From: Pavona decussata
Lineage: Eukaryota
Reading direction: 5' to 3'
DNA: 64,000 bases
NCBI GenBank assembly: GCA_977016875.1
Contig: CDRNST010000091.1
Span: forward strand, 1,922,001 to 1,986,000
Made by a program: the position numbers and the translations under genes. Position 1 is the first letter of the stretch. The number at the start of each line of letters is the position of its first letter. This document shows, in pieces, positions 1-11,204 of the stretch. The notes below the pieces were generated by a model that was not told the origin of the DNA, did no database searches, and was given only the letters and a program-made list of their open reading frames with translations.

Positions 1-1623
1 GCAACTGCTGTTCAACTTGATGTAACGAATAATTAAAGAAACGGCAAATAATGAAAATTCGAAATCGTGTGTGTTAACTTCAAGGAATGGAGGATAGATC
101 AAGCATCAAAGGGACAACTAGAAAAAGAGACGGTAGCTGTGATTGTCACTGATGGTCATTTGAGCACATAATGGTAAGAGTTCAGTTTCTATTTTCCCTC
201 CAAAGCGTTCGAGAAATATACACATTAACTTGCGATTTCTGTTACACAGCCTGATCAATCGAAAACCTCTCCAATTTTTCTCATTCTTATATTAATTCTC
301 TGTGCCAGTCCCCACCAATGAACGCCTGGAAAAGGCTAAAAAAATAGAAGGCTCTGTAAAAAATCATGAAAAAGAAACCACCAAAGGAGAACGTCAGGAG
401 AAAGCAAATAGATTGGCCGTTTCCTTCAATTGCTGTGATACATTTTCTTTTCCTGTTAACACAATTTACCTGAATGCCTGCATTTATTTACCTGTGATTC
501 TCAAAAAAAAAGTTCAGCAAGTTTAATGTAATTTGAGTCTGTAAACTGTTGGTGACTTCAAAAAGATTTGATAGCAATTTCACTGTACCGTGAAAATAGG
601 GCACATGCACTGTCGCAACATAAAAATTCACACTGCCATAATATCGTCGTAAAATGGCAAGTTATTTACACAGACAATTTTAGACTGCACTTAAAGCCGA
701 CAAAATGGGTGGCAAAATCACATCAAAACTTGGCTGTGCAAACGATCTTAATGGTCCGTCCATTAATATTCTTTCATATCTTTGAAAAGCTGTCATTTTG
801 CCGAAGTCTGCATGGAGTTTTCATAATCGACACACACAGAATGTGTCAGCTGATATTTCCCGGAAAGTGAGAGGAAAAACCGTCAGCTTGTAGCAACACC
901 TCAAACAAGGACAAATCTGAATCAAAGCTGAATATTTGAAATGCAACATTAGCACAATCATGAGGTTATCAAGAATAATTATAATAATAAATAAAAGATA
1001 TGATATATTGCAATAAAATTGTATAAACACAAAAGATCAGTCGTTTGCGATTGAAAGTTTCATTCGCTAGAAGACAAGTAAGACCTACTCATTATAAGTT
1101 GAAAGATAGAAATCTATTGTGTCGTTTGTAGTTTTTTTCAATAATGGTTCATGTTGTCAACATATCTGAGTCCTGGTCTTAATTCAATGTCCCAATAAGC
1201 CCGGAGAGACGGGAATACAAACACAGAGTTGAAGTTTTATTTTACTACATCTTTAAATCTTTAATTGGCTCTAAAAATCATTTTGCGGGACACCTTTTGG
1301 TCATAAATATTATATATTATTACTTATTAATATCATCTGAAGCAATTCAACAGCTACTGAGGGAAAATTCTAGATTGTCATCACTATTGAGGTTTCATAT
1401 GTCACTGATAATATATGTCGATAATTAATTACTGTTGTGGAAGGGTTTCGTGGGAAAAACAGCTGGATCACTAGTTCTTTTAGCATATCAATGTTATTCA
1501 AATTTTGGAGTCGTGAATGGGTAGATCACAACGGAAGTGTCGGCAATCGGTGAGCGTTCCTCTCACGGTACAAATAGGAACATGCAGTTTTAAGATTTTC
1601 TGTCTCTGTTAGCTTGGTTGCCA

Positions 1624-2574
1624 ATGAATAGCAACGAGACTCAGTTTCCGCGCCTTTGTTTCTTCGACGGAATTGCAAGGAATCAACGTTCTCTTTCCCC
1701 GGTAATCACAAGCTCGGCTTCTGCTGTCATCGTTCTTTTGTCGCCCATTGCAGTGGCGGGAAATGGATTGGTCTTGGCGGCAATTTGGAAGAATCCGACA
1801 CTCAGAACACCTCCTTATATTCTTTTGTGTTGTTTGGCTTTTACTGATCTGTGCACAGGACTCATCACTCAACCTTTTTATGTTGCAACCGAACTGATGT
1901 GTCTGCAGGAACCCCAGAATATTCAAGACCGGTTATCGCTACACCGTTTCGTCAAGGTTGTTTCAGAAGGATGTGGCACGTACTTCAGCAGCTTGACTGT
2001 ATTTCTTATTACACTGATGTCAGTTGAAAGGTGGCTGTACATGGCTCGCCGGTCTTTGGTCACCAAGCGCGTGGCATACTTCATTGTGGCAATAGTCCTA
2101 ATCTGTCCTATTCCAATTGCTGTATTACGCACATTCCAAGTGTTATATGGAGTTTATGAACTGGCACTGAACACTGTTTCTTTCACTATTTTGTTTCTTT
2201 GTTTCCTTACCACGTCAATGGCTTATTTTAAAGTTTTTCGTATCATAAAACAGCATCAGCAACAGGTTCAAGCCAATGTGACATCACAGAATTTAGCTCA
2301 ACCAGCGATAAACTTGGCGAAGTACAAAAAGTCCGTATTTTCAATCCTGCTCATTGTGGCATTGTTCTATATAAGCTACTTACCGTTTCTTGTCTTTGTT
2401 GGTCTTCATCTTTCCCGTCTAAATCACTCTGAAGTTGCGTTGGCGTTTTCATTTTCGGTGATTTTTATGGTTCTGTCATCCTCCCTGAACCCTATTCTTT
2501 ACGTTTGGAGAATGAGTGAAATCCGCAATGGGGTAAAACAATTGTTAAAACAGCTACTCTGTCGGCAAAGTTAG
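1624..2574 (+). CDS. Intronless class A (rhodopsin-like) GPCR, cnidarian-expanded adenosine/melanocortin/TAAR-like type
   Basis: ORF with 7 hydrophobic segments. Motifs: TM1 GN, ICL1 LRTPPY, TM2 LAFTD, TM3 SVERW, TM6 YLPF, TM7 SSSLNPILY. First in-frame ATG is 1624 (track starts at TTG 1618). Confidence 0.93.
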   Translation: MNSNETQFPRLCFFDGIARNQRSLSPVITSSASAVIVLLSPIAVAGNGLVLAAIWKNPTLRTPPYILLCCLAFTDLCTGLITQPFYVATELMCLQEPQNIQDRLSLHRFVKVVSEGCGTYFSSLTVFLITLMSVERWLYMARRSLVTKRVAYFIVAIVLICPIPIAVLRTFQVLYGVYELALNTVSFTILFLCFLTTSMAYFKVFRIIKQHQQQVQANVTSQNLAQPAINLAKYKKSVFSILLIVALFYISYLPFLVFVGLHLSRLNHSEVALAFSFSVIFMVLSSSLNPILYVWRMSEIRNGVKQLLKQLLCRQS

Positions 2575-3834
2575 AGGACACTGGTGTAGAAAGAGTTCAG
2601 TCTTAAGGTTATGCAGTTAATGGATGATAATCGTTGTGTTGAGATGTGGTAACGTACACAAAAAAACGTAACAACTTAAGCAGAAGCTTGCAAACTTGAA
2701 GCAACACCACCAACTTCCTCATTATCGTAGTCTTCATCATCAGCGGTGCTGCAAGCTGCAAGCTTTCTATAAGATTAGCGCCTGTTTTTCTCTAAGAAAT
2801 GTTCGTTTTCTCCTATTGGCTCCTATAATTTCTTTTTTATATTGTCAGTCATCGGCATAAAAGAAAATTCTCGGAACTCAGTTCAAACCCTGAAAAGAAA
2901 TTTGATAGTAAGTGCGGTCTCCCAGAACCCACGTTGAATTGTGTACGTTATTACTCCTCAATAAATTAATCCCATTCCACAAGATGCTTAGCAATAACCA
3001 CTACATAACAACCCAACAGACGTATAAAAATATATGTTCAAAATATATGTTTCATATATTTAAAGACAAATCTATGCTAGGATAAAATTTATTCTTTTTT
3101 CGTGCCAATATGAGGAATCCGCGTTTCCTGGCATGAGTTTTCTTTAAAATGTGTCGCTTGTGTTAAGTGTCTGATCATCCGTATTGAACAGTGAAAACGT
3201 CCCACTAGTTAATGGAAAAGATTTTGCTGCGTTTGTCAAGTTTTTTTTTTTTTGTATTCAGTTGTGGCGTGTCAATAAAATACCTTGAAAACCCAAAGCC
3301 AAAGCGCATTCACAGTGATGATAACTATCTAAAAGATAATTCTAAATCTATCTGAAAGCCAATGCAAATATTTAAGTGTTGGAGTATTGTGTGTTTTGGA
3401 ATAATTTGCATATTTTTCTTCGATATCGTCGAAATCTGCTCTTTTACAGAACAACACAACGACAGCAACATAAAAATAACAAGGAACATTATGTTATATT
3501 GTACTGAAAATGTGACATGTTCATCAGGTGCAGAGGTAAAATTACGGGTTAGAAGTTGATACACAACAGTTCACCCAGGCAGGAAAACAAACAAAGAAGC
3601 TAGCGTCGAGGTTCTAAAACCAACCTTTATTTCCGCTCAATGAAGGCTCGTCTTCTCATAAAATTAAACTGAACTAATTGAGGTTACAATTTGGCCACAT
3701 GTTCCAGAATTGCAAATTATTCCCCTGATCAACACTTGCTGCTATTCAACTAAACATTAATTTTCTTAATACCATCGGAAAATTCCAAAACCAGCAACTC
3801 CCCTTATTTTACTGGTGATCGTCGAGATCGTTTG

Positions 3835-4470
3835 TTTCGATCCAGTGGCCGCCATCTTCCTTTGTATAGTAATGCAAGATCATAGGTTCCGGACTCCAGT
3901 TGGGAGGACTCGGATTCTCTTTTTCCGAGTGCACTCTTTTTTTATATATAAGAACGTCTATTTATTTCCCTCTTTATTTAATTTTTTATTTATTTGTTGG
4001 TTTATTTTTTTGCAAATTTGAGCCTGACAAGTTCTTAAGATGTTCTTAAGTGTCGATAAGTTACCTGTTATGGTATTTCAATAAATATATGCGGACATGA
4101 CCAAGACACCTATCAAAGAGTAATATGTGCCGAAATGTGGTGTCCGACCCAAAATGACATCTTCAAATATGTACCAGGCATGCAAAAAGGAATCCGTTGT
4201 TAATATTAAAATATGTCCCTTTCTCATTTGGGTTCATTGGACTGTATAGACTAAAGTTTTACATGTGTTATTTTTATCCGTATTTATACTGTTCATTTAA
4301 TAAAAATTGGTCAAAATAGAATGTTCTTAACTGACTCTCATCCTGGATAATGTTCTTAGTATGTTCTAAAATTTTAGTTTATCTCGGCCTCAACGTTCTT
4401 ATAAAAAAGGTTGTTATAAAAAAAAAGAGTGTATAGCTGTTTCACTGACTTAATAATACATTACACTTTT
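3835..4470 (+). mobile_element. Degenerate tRNA-derived SINE interrupted by a MITE
   Basis: About 3835-3931 and 4432-4470 match the head/body and tail of the SINE at 40011-40165 (ggttc..actcc, ttttccgagt, cactgact.aataatacat). Confidence 0.7.
3932..4431. mobile_element. 500-bp MITE with CACTCTTTTTTT terminal inverted repeats (Tc1/mariner-like TA target)
   Basis: Left end cactctttttttata, right end tataaaaaaaaagagtg. Followed by TA and preceded by TG where the uninterrupted SINE has TA. Confidence 0.75.
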
Positions 4471-5252
4471 ATGAACAGCGTAGTTTCAAATTGGAAACCA
4501 GCGAACTCCTGTGCCGTCTATTTGTGTGGAGCTTTGGATCCCGTATGGCATTAAATCTTTTGGTTTTAAGATTCGCAAAAAAAAACCTCGAACTCCCACA
4601 AATTTATCTCCAGAAAATGGGTCTTCCACCAAAATATTCTTTATTATGGAAACTGCGTTAAATTACCGTAACATGTTTTAGGTGCCGCCGCATCAATGTT
4701 CAAAGTAGAATTAATAGTTATTAAATACTGTTAAAGCAAACACTAAGAAGACATCATTTTGCATATGACACTAAAGGAGATTTAAATTTCTTCTAACGCA
4801 AATAAATTGGATTTTGTTTCTTTTACAAATGCTGTATGTACATTCCACATCGTGAAGAGTTTGTCTATAGTAACAAGCGCTGGGATAGCGTTATCTATCA
4901 GCAGAATTTTCTTATGTTATGGTATATACCTTGTAGAATTACAGAAAAGGAAAAGGGGAGAGAGAATGCTAATCTATACTCGCCAAACAACTGTTGGTTC
5001 GAGAAAGCCGTATTTGCACAGAAAACAGAGGAAAATGTTTCTACTCAAGATAGCTAATATGTGAGATCGTTGTCCTGGTGGAGTTCATAACAAATAAAAT
5101 AAGGTCACGTCACGAGGTAGCTGCAAAGAGCTGTTTGTCCTTAGTCTATTAATACAAGTGAAAGATGGGGGGGGGGAGTACTAAAGAAAAACGTTATTTG
5201 TAATCTGTGTTCAAATAGGAGAAACTGCACGATTTTTCATTATTAAAAACTG

Positions 5253-5630
5253 GATAATTGAACAATGCAATTCCAGTGTGTTGATTGGCTTAGCAGCCAA
5301 GAGATATCAGTCATTAAACCATGCGCGGGAATTGGAGGCCAATAAGCAAGGCTGATTTCACGGTCAGGGAAGTATATTTTTCCAATATTTCGAAAGGCAC
5401 GGCCTTTCTTCTTCAGGATATGTTTGAGACTGACCCACCCTGTGGCAAGTGACGTTACAATTTAAAGCCAATAAATCGCCTTCTCGTTTATCTTGCAAGA
5501 TGAAAACAATTATTCCTGCACTGGCGCTTGTTCAGAGGACGTAAGATCATTAAACCGCTTGGTGCAACGCGGGGCGTTGGTTTTCTATCATCTTAGATCC
5601 AACGCAAGCTCGTGGAATAATCACTTAATT
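5253..5630 (+). mobile_element. Non-autonomous repeat with imperfect palindromic 3' end (possibly Crypton-related)
   Basis: attattcc..gcgcttgtt...agat ... atct...aacgcaagc..ggaataat forms an imperfect palindrome at about 5507-5630. It has the same layout (tgattggct near the start, palindromic end closing on aataat..ttaatt) as the element at 10405-11048. Confidence 0.5.
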
Positions 5631-6911
5631 GTTGTATAGTTTAAGAGTAGTGAAATCGTTCAAAATAGTTGACGAAAAAGTCCTTCTTTTAATTAAGAGT
5701 ACCGGGAACAAAGGGATGGAAAGAGGGAAATTCACAGCCAGCCGCTTCCCCCGGAGAAATGTTGACATCTCATGAGTGTAAACGTTCATCAAAAATGTGA
5801 TAATAACTTAATATGCTCACCCATTAGTGGAAATCATTGGCAAGCAATTGAGAGGAACACAAAGTCGTCGCCTTCGCCTTAACTGTTTTTCAGTCTGATC
5901 TGGGTCACTGAATTTCCATTCCATTTAAGAGTTGAAAGGACGCGAATAGCTTTCGTTCCACTGCAGCGAGAGGGAGATGTTATATTTCCAAAAGCAGTTT
6001 GTGAGTAGTCTCATCTTTGTTCATTTTATTTTGATCTGAGACGGTAGAAAAATTCAGTAAAGCAAAACCTTGGGTATCTCCTCAAGGCAATTTTCATTTT
6101 CTCGTTTCATACGACCCTTGCCATGTGTCTTCACACTTGATATTTGTCAGATTTTCGGGACAGTTTTTTTTTTCCGAAATCGAGAATTTTTTTGTTTTTT
6201 TCCGTAAGGAGACAATAGGAAGAAGACCAGATTATGTCGTTTTTTCACCCGATTATTGTGGTATCCAATTCAAACTGCTGTGTTATTTGACTACAACGAA
6301 GCGAGGATCTGCAAAAAAACTGTCGAGAAAACGAATGTAGGCACGGTAACTCAATCATGGGAAATTATTTAACTTGTAATTTTAAGTTCACTATGTTTAC
6401 AAACTATGAGGGAAGAAAAGTACAACCATTATGTTTGGTTCGCTTTCGCAATTAACACACAAACCATTTTCTAAGTGTGGCTATGGCCCTGGTCGATCGC
6501 CGGTGACCTTAATTCCACTCTTAAGCTATATTCTCGGCTACATATTAAAGTCCACTTTGGAACCAAGATCTGTGTGTTCTATTCGCCTCGAAGATCTTAT
6601 CGTTGTAACAGAACTCGGTTTCTCTCCGCAGCCAACAAGTGCGTCTCCCCCAGAGTTTGGAATACGTTGTAACAGGTTAAAACCCTGTTATCATAAAACC
6701 ATTTTCATTCCTCGTAGCACGGATTAAGGGAAACAGAGTAACTTTATCAAAACCTCGCACTGATTATCTAAAGCGTAGTTTTGGTGTGGGCTCTGCTGTG
6801 GAATAATATTAAACACCAAACAAGAGCCATAATTTCCATCCGGGCATTTAAATCGGGACGGTGGTAAACACGTGTAACAGTTAATTCCTATTTGTGTATA
6901 TCACAAAAAGG

Positions 6912-7268
6912 CCTTGAACTCTTTTGTTTCGGTCTCCTATTGTCAGAGATAATAATTTATACTAATGTACTGATAATTTACTACTATATACTAATACTAC
7001 TATATATGTAATATATACTAATAATTTGTTCTGACTTTTCACTGTGTTAGGAATAAAGTTCAGTTTTAAGCTTGGTTTATTTCTTCGCGTGCGATTGGGG
7101 CACGTTGCCCCGTTGTTCTGTTAGACTACAAAACATCTTAAAAATTTATCAATTGTTCACACAAATCGACACTGAAATTAAAAAAGTTTCATTCGCACAA
7201 AGACCTGTTTTAATACATCGCTGGTGTTTTCTCTGACAATAGGAGATCGGAACAAAAACGGTTCAAGG
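6912..7268. mobile_element. MITE with ~38-bp inverted repeats
   Basis: ccttgaactcttttgtttcggtctcctattgtcagaga (6912-6949) is the near reverse complement of tctctgacaataggagatcggaacaaaaacggttcaagg (7230-7268). Confidence 0.7.
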
Positions 7269-8125
7269 TTTTTATTTGCCTCCGGTCTGATGTAGCTTAA
7301 CGAAAGGCAAACTTGGAAACTTTAATTAGTTCAGGCGGTGTAACTAATCAAACCAAAACGTTTTTCATTTTTCGCCACATTCGGACGTACGAAATGCACA
7401 AAACCCTCCGCTAAACATAGGCTCAGTCATTTTCGGTCCTATAACCGAATTTTATTGCCGAGAGAGACCGGGAAAGTTCGGCTCCGTAAGAAAACGTGGA
7501 GGGGAAAACAGTACTACTGAGGTTAGGAATATAACGCAAAAACCTTCAATAGTCAGAGAAACGCAGAGCTGAAATTTAAACGAGATGCTTAAAATGCCGT
7601 TTTCAAGCGAGTTTTCTAGATTGTTTTAGGGGTTTGTTACAGGGGCTTTTTGGAAAAACTAACACAGTTTGGTATTTTCGGGTTTTGTGAGTCGTAGGAG
7701 AATTCAACCAAAACCGATTCTTATTTGCGTCTCCCGCTCGTAGCCTTTGCCGAAAATTTAAATCGAGAACATTTTAGTGAATTTCCGAGCTGTGGTAAGT
7801 TTGCTTTCATAACATGCTAGTTGAACTTGTTTTTCCCACTTTTAAACTACACATTTGCCCCTCTGATAGCGAATTGTACGCGTTTTTCCAGTGTGGCGAA
7901 CGTTTGTGGTGATATTTCGCTAAAGAAAATCCCCGTTTATCTTCATAATTTGATTCGGATTTGTGAGGCGGGTGATGCATTCCCAGCAGATGTTCCACCA
8001 AACAATCTTTGGGTAACTATGAAATTTGAGAAATAAAAACAATGTCCGTGGTCACACCTACGCCTTTAACTAAATACAAAGAAGAGTTCTGATTAATTGT
8101 TGGTTACAAGGCGTCAGAACTGGCA

Positions 8126-8322
8126 ATGGGCCCCTATTGCAGCTGTTTCATGGTACAAAATTCACCATGCTGGAGAGCAAGTTACGCGCTGGGACATCCA
8201 AATGAAAACAAAGAAAATTCAAGTTTGCCTTGATGAAGTTGCTTTGTTTTGGATGTCCCAGTGCTTAGCTTGCTCTCCAGTATGGTGGACTAGTTTGCAT
8301 CATGTGACCGATGGCTGCAAAA
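8126..8322. mobile_element. Palindromic MITE (second, inverted copy at 41399-41605)
   Basis: Internal inverted arms (ctggagagcaag..ctgggacatcc / ggatgtcccag..cttgctctccag). The start matches the reverse complement of the 41399-41605 copy end. Confidence 0.7.
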
Positions 8323-8994
8323 TACTGGATGAGGAAAGCTTCATCTGATTATTTTCTTTTCCCTTTCGTGACAAAATGCGAGGCCTACCCTGCTGGCTAA
8401 ACAGTCGGCAATTTTCAAAGTTTATGACAGTTAAGGATCGTCGGCAAACCTTCAATGGCAAGGAACGCTCCGGGAAGACTTGAAATTCAAGTGAGTCAGA
8501 GCAAAAACTGTGTTTAATCGTTCAAGTTCTTTGGCATTTTATTGTTGCGTAAAAAAAACAATGCAAATATTTACCAAAGTCATAGAAAAGAGCGAATTTT
8601 GATTGGCTCTCTTCGTTTCATAGAACAATGCTAGTTTTTCGGCAGCGCTGCCTAATAATAGTAATGCTTTATTTGATCATCTTTGGAATAAGAAATACGG
8701 CACCTTGAGACCCCTTAAAAAATTCAAAAAAGAATAAGCTGACATTTGCAAAGAAGATGCAGTTGAGCCACTATTATAGCGCAGATGATGTGCGTGAGCG
8801 CATCTAAACGGGTTCTTTTAAAAATTTGTAGAAGAGCATTAACACCAAAATACAGCCTGCCTGGCATGTACAAGGTTGCATTTACAAAAAACCACACGCC
8901 TTGACAATCCTTTAACGCATACCAAGCAAATCGAAGCTTGAGACAACTGCAATTTAAGCTTTCAGTTCTGCCAAAGCCAAAGTGAATCATCATG

Positions 8995-9165
8995 CTTTTC
9001 TGATCTTATCTGATCTCATCTCAGCTCATATTATCTTGAATTGTCTTGTGTTATCTCATGTGATTTTATATCTTATTTTACCTTATCTGTATCTGCCTTG
9101 CATACCTTATCATACCTTATCTCATCCAATATCATTCTATCTCGACCTTATCTCATCTCAACTTA
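8995..9165. repeat. Degenerate (TCTTA/TCTCA)n pentanucleotide repeat
   Basis: Repeated tctta/tctca/cctta units. Confidence 0.75.
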
Positions 9166-9887
9166 TGTTTTTAATGACACGTTCTTTTGTCTTCTTAACA
9201 GATCTTTGTTACTGTCATCGTATTGGTGTTGGTCACTGTAACTATTCTTCAGTTACATTTTCTACCTCGTTTTCTTTCAGGTAAGAGTCCTCTTGTTTGT
9301 CTTCGATTGCTCGGCGGTTTCGGTAAAAGTCGAGGGATCTCAAGAAGAATAAATCTTTTTCTTTTCCTGGAGCAGATTCAAGAAGTTGTCCTTAGTTAAG
9401 ATGTATGCTAAGTATCGTTTCTACATGAGCAATATTACTTTGTTATAATGACAGAAGAATATTGTTAAGAAAAAAATACTTAGGGTGCATTTTAACTTAA
9501 CAGAGTTTCGTGAATGTGGCCCCTATGCTAGTGGCGTTGATTACAATTCAAGCAGATTAAATCGAGCCTGACTTGTTGACTTTAGGTCATACACCTGACT
9601 AACCAAACTGCATTGCTTGTTAATTGCACAAATGCGTGTCTTTTTTTAATGGATTTTCGTAGAAAGCGATTGTTGCGGTCATGCGCGTAAATTATTCGAA
9701 CGATGGGTCATGGATTACATCCGACTAAAACTGGCCACTCTGGGAACGAGCGTTTTATAAACGGACGCTATCTTGCTTCTCCATATTGAAGCGAAGCCGG
9801 CTGAACTACTGGTATAATTACTTCATGACTGAAAGCCATATAGTCGCTTATGTATATTTTTCTATAAAAGAAATACAGTATACCTGA

Positions 9888-9985
9888 TCCGTACTTGTCC
9901 ATCCTTAGCCGTCCTTAGCTCTACTTGTCCATCCTTAACCATTACGGTCTATCCTTTGCCCTACTTGTCATCCTTAGCCGTCCTT
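9888..9985. repeat. Short imperfect tandem repeat (tacttgtccatccttagcc units)
   Basis: Three to four imperfect copies visible. Confidence 0.65.
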
Positions 9986-10404
9986 CTATATCTAAAAGTT
10001 TTTTAAATGCCTTTTCAATAAAAAATGTCACAGAAGTAGTCACCTAGCGAAATTAATAATTCAATTCATAGTCTTCAAAAAACGGAATAAGATATGACTT
10101 TTGGTGAATCATACGCTGGCCCAAGATAGTTTTTTTTTTTGTTAGTGAATTGTTTTTTCCACATTCTATTAGTTATAAAGTATCCATTAACCGACAACAA
10201 GTTAGAAAGATTGGAAGCAGTTATGCTTTATACGACTTATAACCCTTTACCCCTGTCCACGATCTTTCGCTCGCTCCAAGCAAGTCAAAATCAATTTCGT
10301 TCCCTATTTTGCTTTTTTTGCTGTATGGCAGGTTTACCTTCACCTTTTCTGGGATAATGTCTTGTGTATTTGGGTTTTCCCAGCTTACAACACTTGATTT
10401 TAGT

Positions 10405-10444
10405 ATATACCACACAAGTGAATTAAGTGCCTTTCGCGCGCGCT

Positions 10445-10481
<37 letters not shown>

Positions 10482-11048
10482 CACCTCCGAGCAACCGAAG
10501 GGAAACAAGATGGCTTCCCGTTTCGCCGCGGTCACTAAAGAGGAATTTATTTAGATAAACGAGCCAGCTGTTACCAAAAATACAAAAATGGCAACAAAGT
10601 TTAGATTGACGGCTTTAAATAGTAACTTATGTAATCTTTCCAACCTCATATTCTAAGGCGAAAAATGAAACTACGATGCCTTGTTGAAAACTGCCTAATG
10701 TTTTGCAGCATGGTTTCAAAATCAAGACAAATTTCACACAACAATTGAAGATATGACACCTTAGCAACTAAATAAGTGCCTCGAAAAGTTTTAATTGTTC
10801 GCAAGCGAGACGGAACTTTCTTCAACAAGAAATCGCTTACCGCGCGGAGCGCGACATTTTAAAATTCCCCACCATTTGTCGGTATACTGTCAAAAATAAA
10901 GGAATTTTTTGGCCCGCTAGTTATTCAGCTTGTGTGGTATACTCCCGGCTAAAAAAATAATTCACCTCAGTGTCGGTGAAAGTGGTGGATATTTACCTCG
11001 CCGCAATATCCACCACTATTCACCTCCACTTCGGTGAATAATTGTTAA
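10405..11048 (+). mobile_element. Crypton-type (tyrosine recombinase / DUF3504) DNA transposon relic, non-autonomous
   Basis: Decayed coding remnant from ATG 10510: MASRFAAVTKEEFI*INEPAVTKNTKMATKF, then a GT..AG intron (10622-10708), then TWFQNQDKFHTTIEDMTP*QLNKCLEKF / RKRDGTFFNKKSLTA. Internal inverted repeat tataccacacaag / cttgtgtggtata, and a palindromic 3' end. Confidence 0.65.
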
Positions 11049-11204
11049 TTAATAAAGATCACGCCCGTGGCCAAAATGTACCTCAAACAGATGTTCATCC
11101 ATACATAATTTATCCCAAATCAACATCTTGTCCACAGAGATTTCAGAAAAGAAACACTTTGTCCTTTTGGCTGACCATTTAATGATTTTTCCATTTTCTT
11201 TTAG

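Larger units (their letters stand above)
1..5436 (+). repeat. Segmental duplication, copy 1 (paralog at 58139-63184)
   Basis: Colinear high identity from gcaactgctgttcaacttgatg (1 / 58139) to gagactgaccc (5436 / 63184), including the GPCR and both flanks. Confidence 0.95.

Noticed and set aside
1609-2132. Antisense and alternate-frame ORFs over GPCR genes
   Set aside because: Shadow ORFs. Their recurrence at 59205-59728 follows from the duplication.
6431-9850. First exon(s) of the DUF229 gene
   Set aside because: Candidates at 6431-6727 and 9280-9850 lack a convincing signal/TM segment with a phase-compatible donor.
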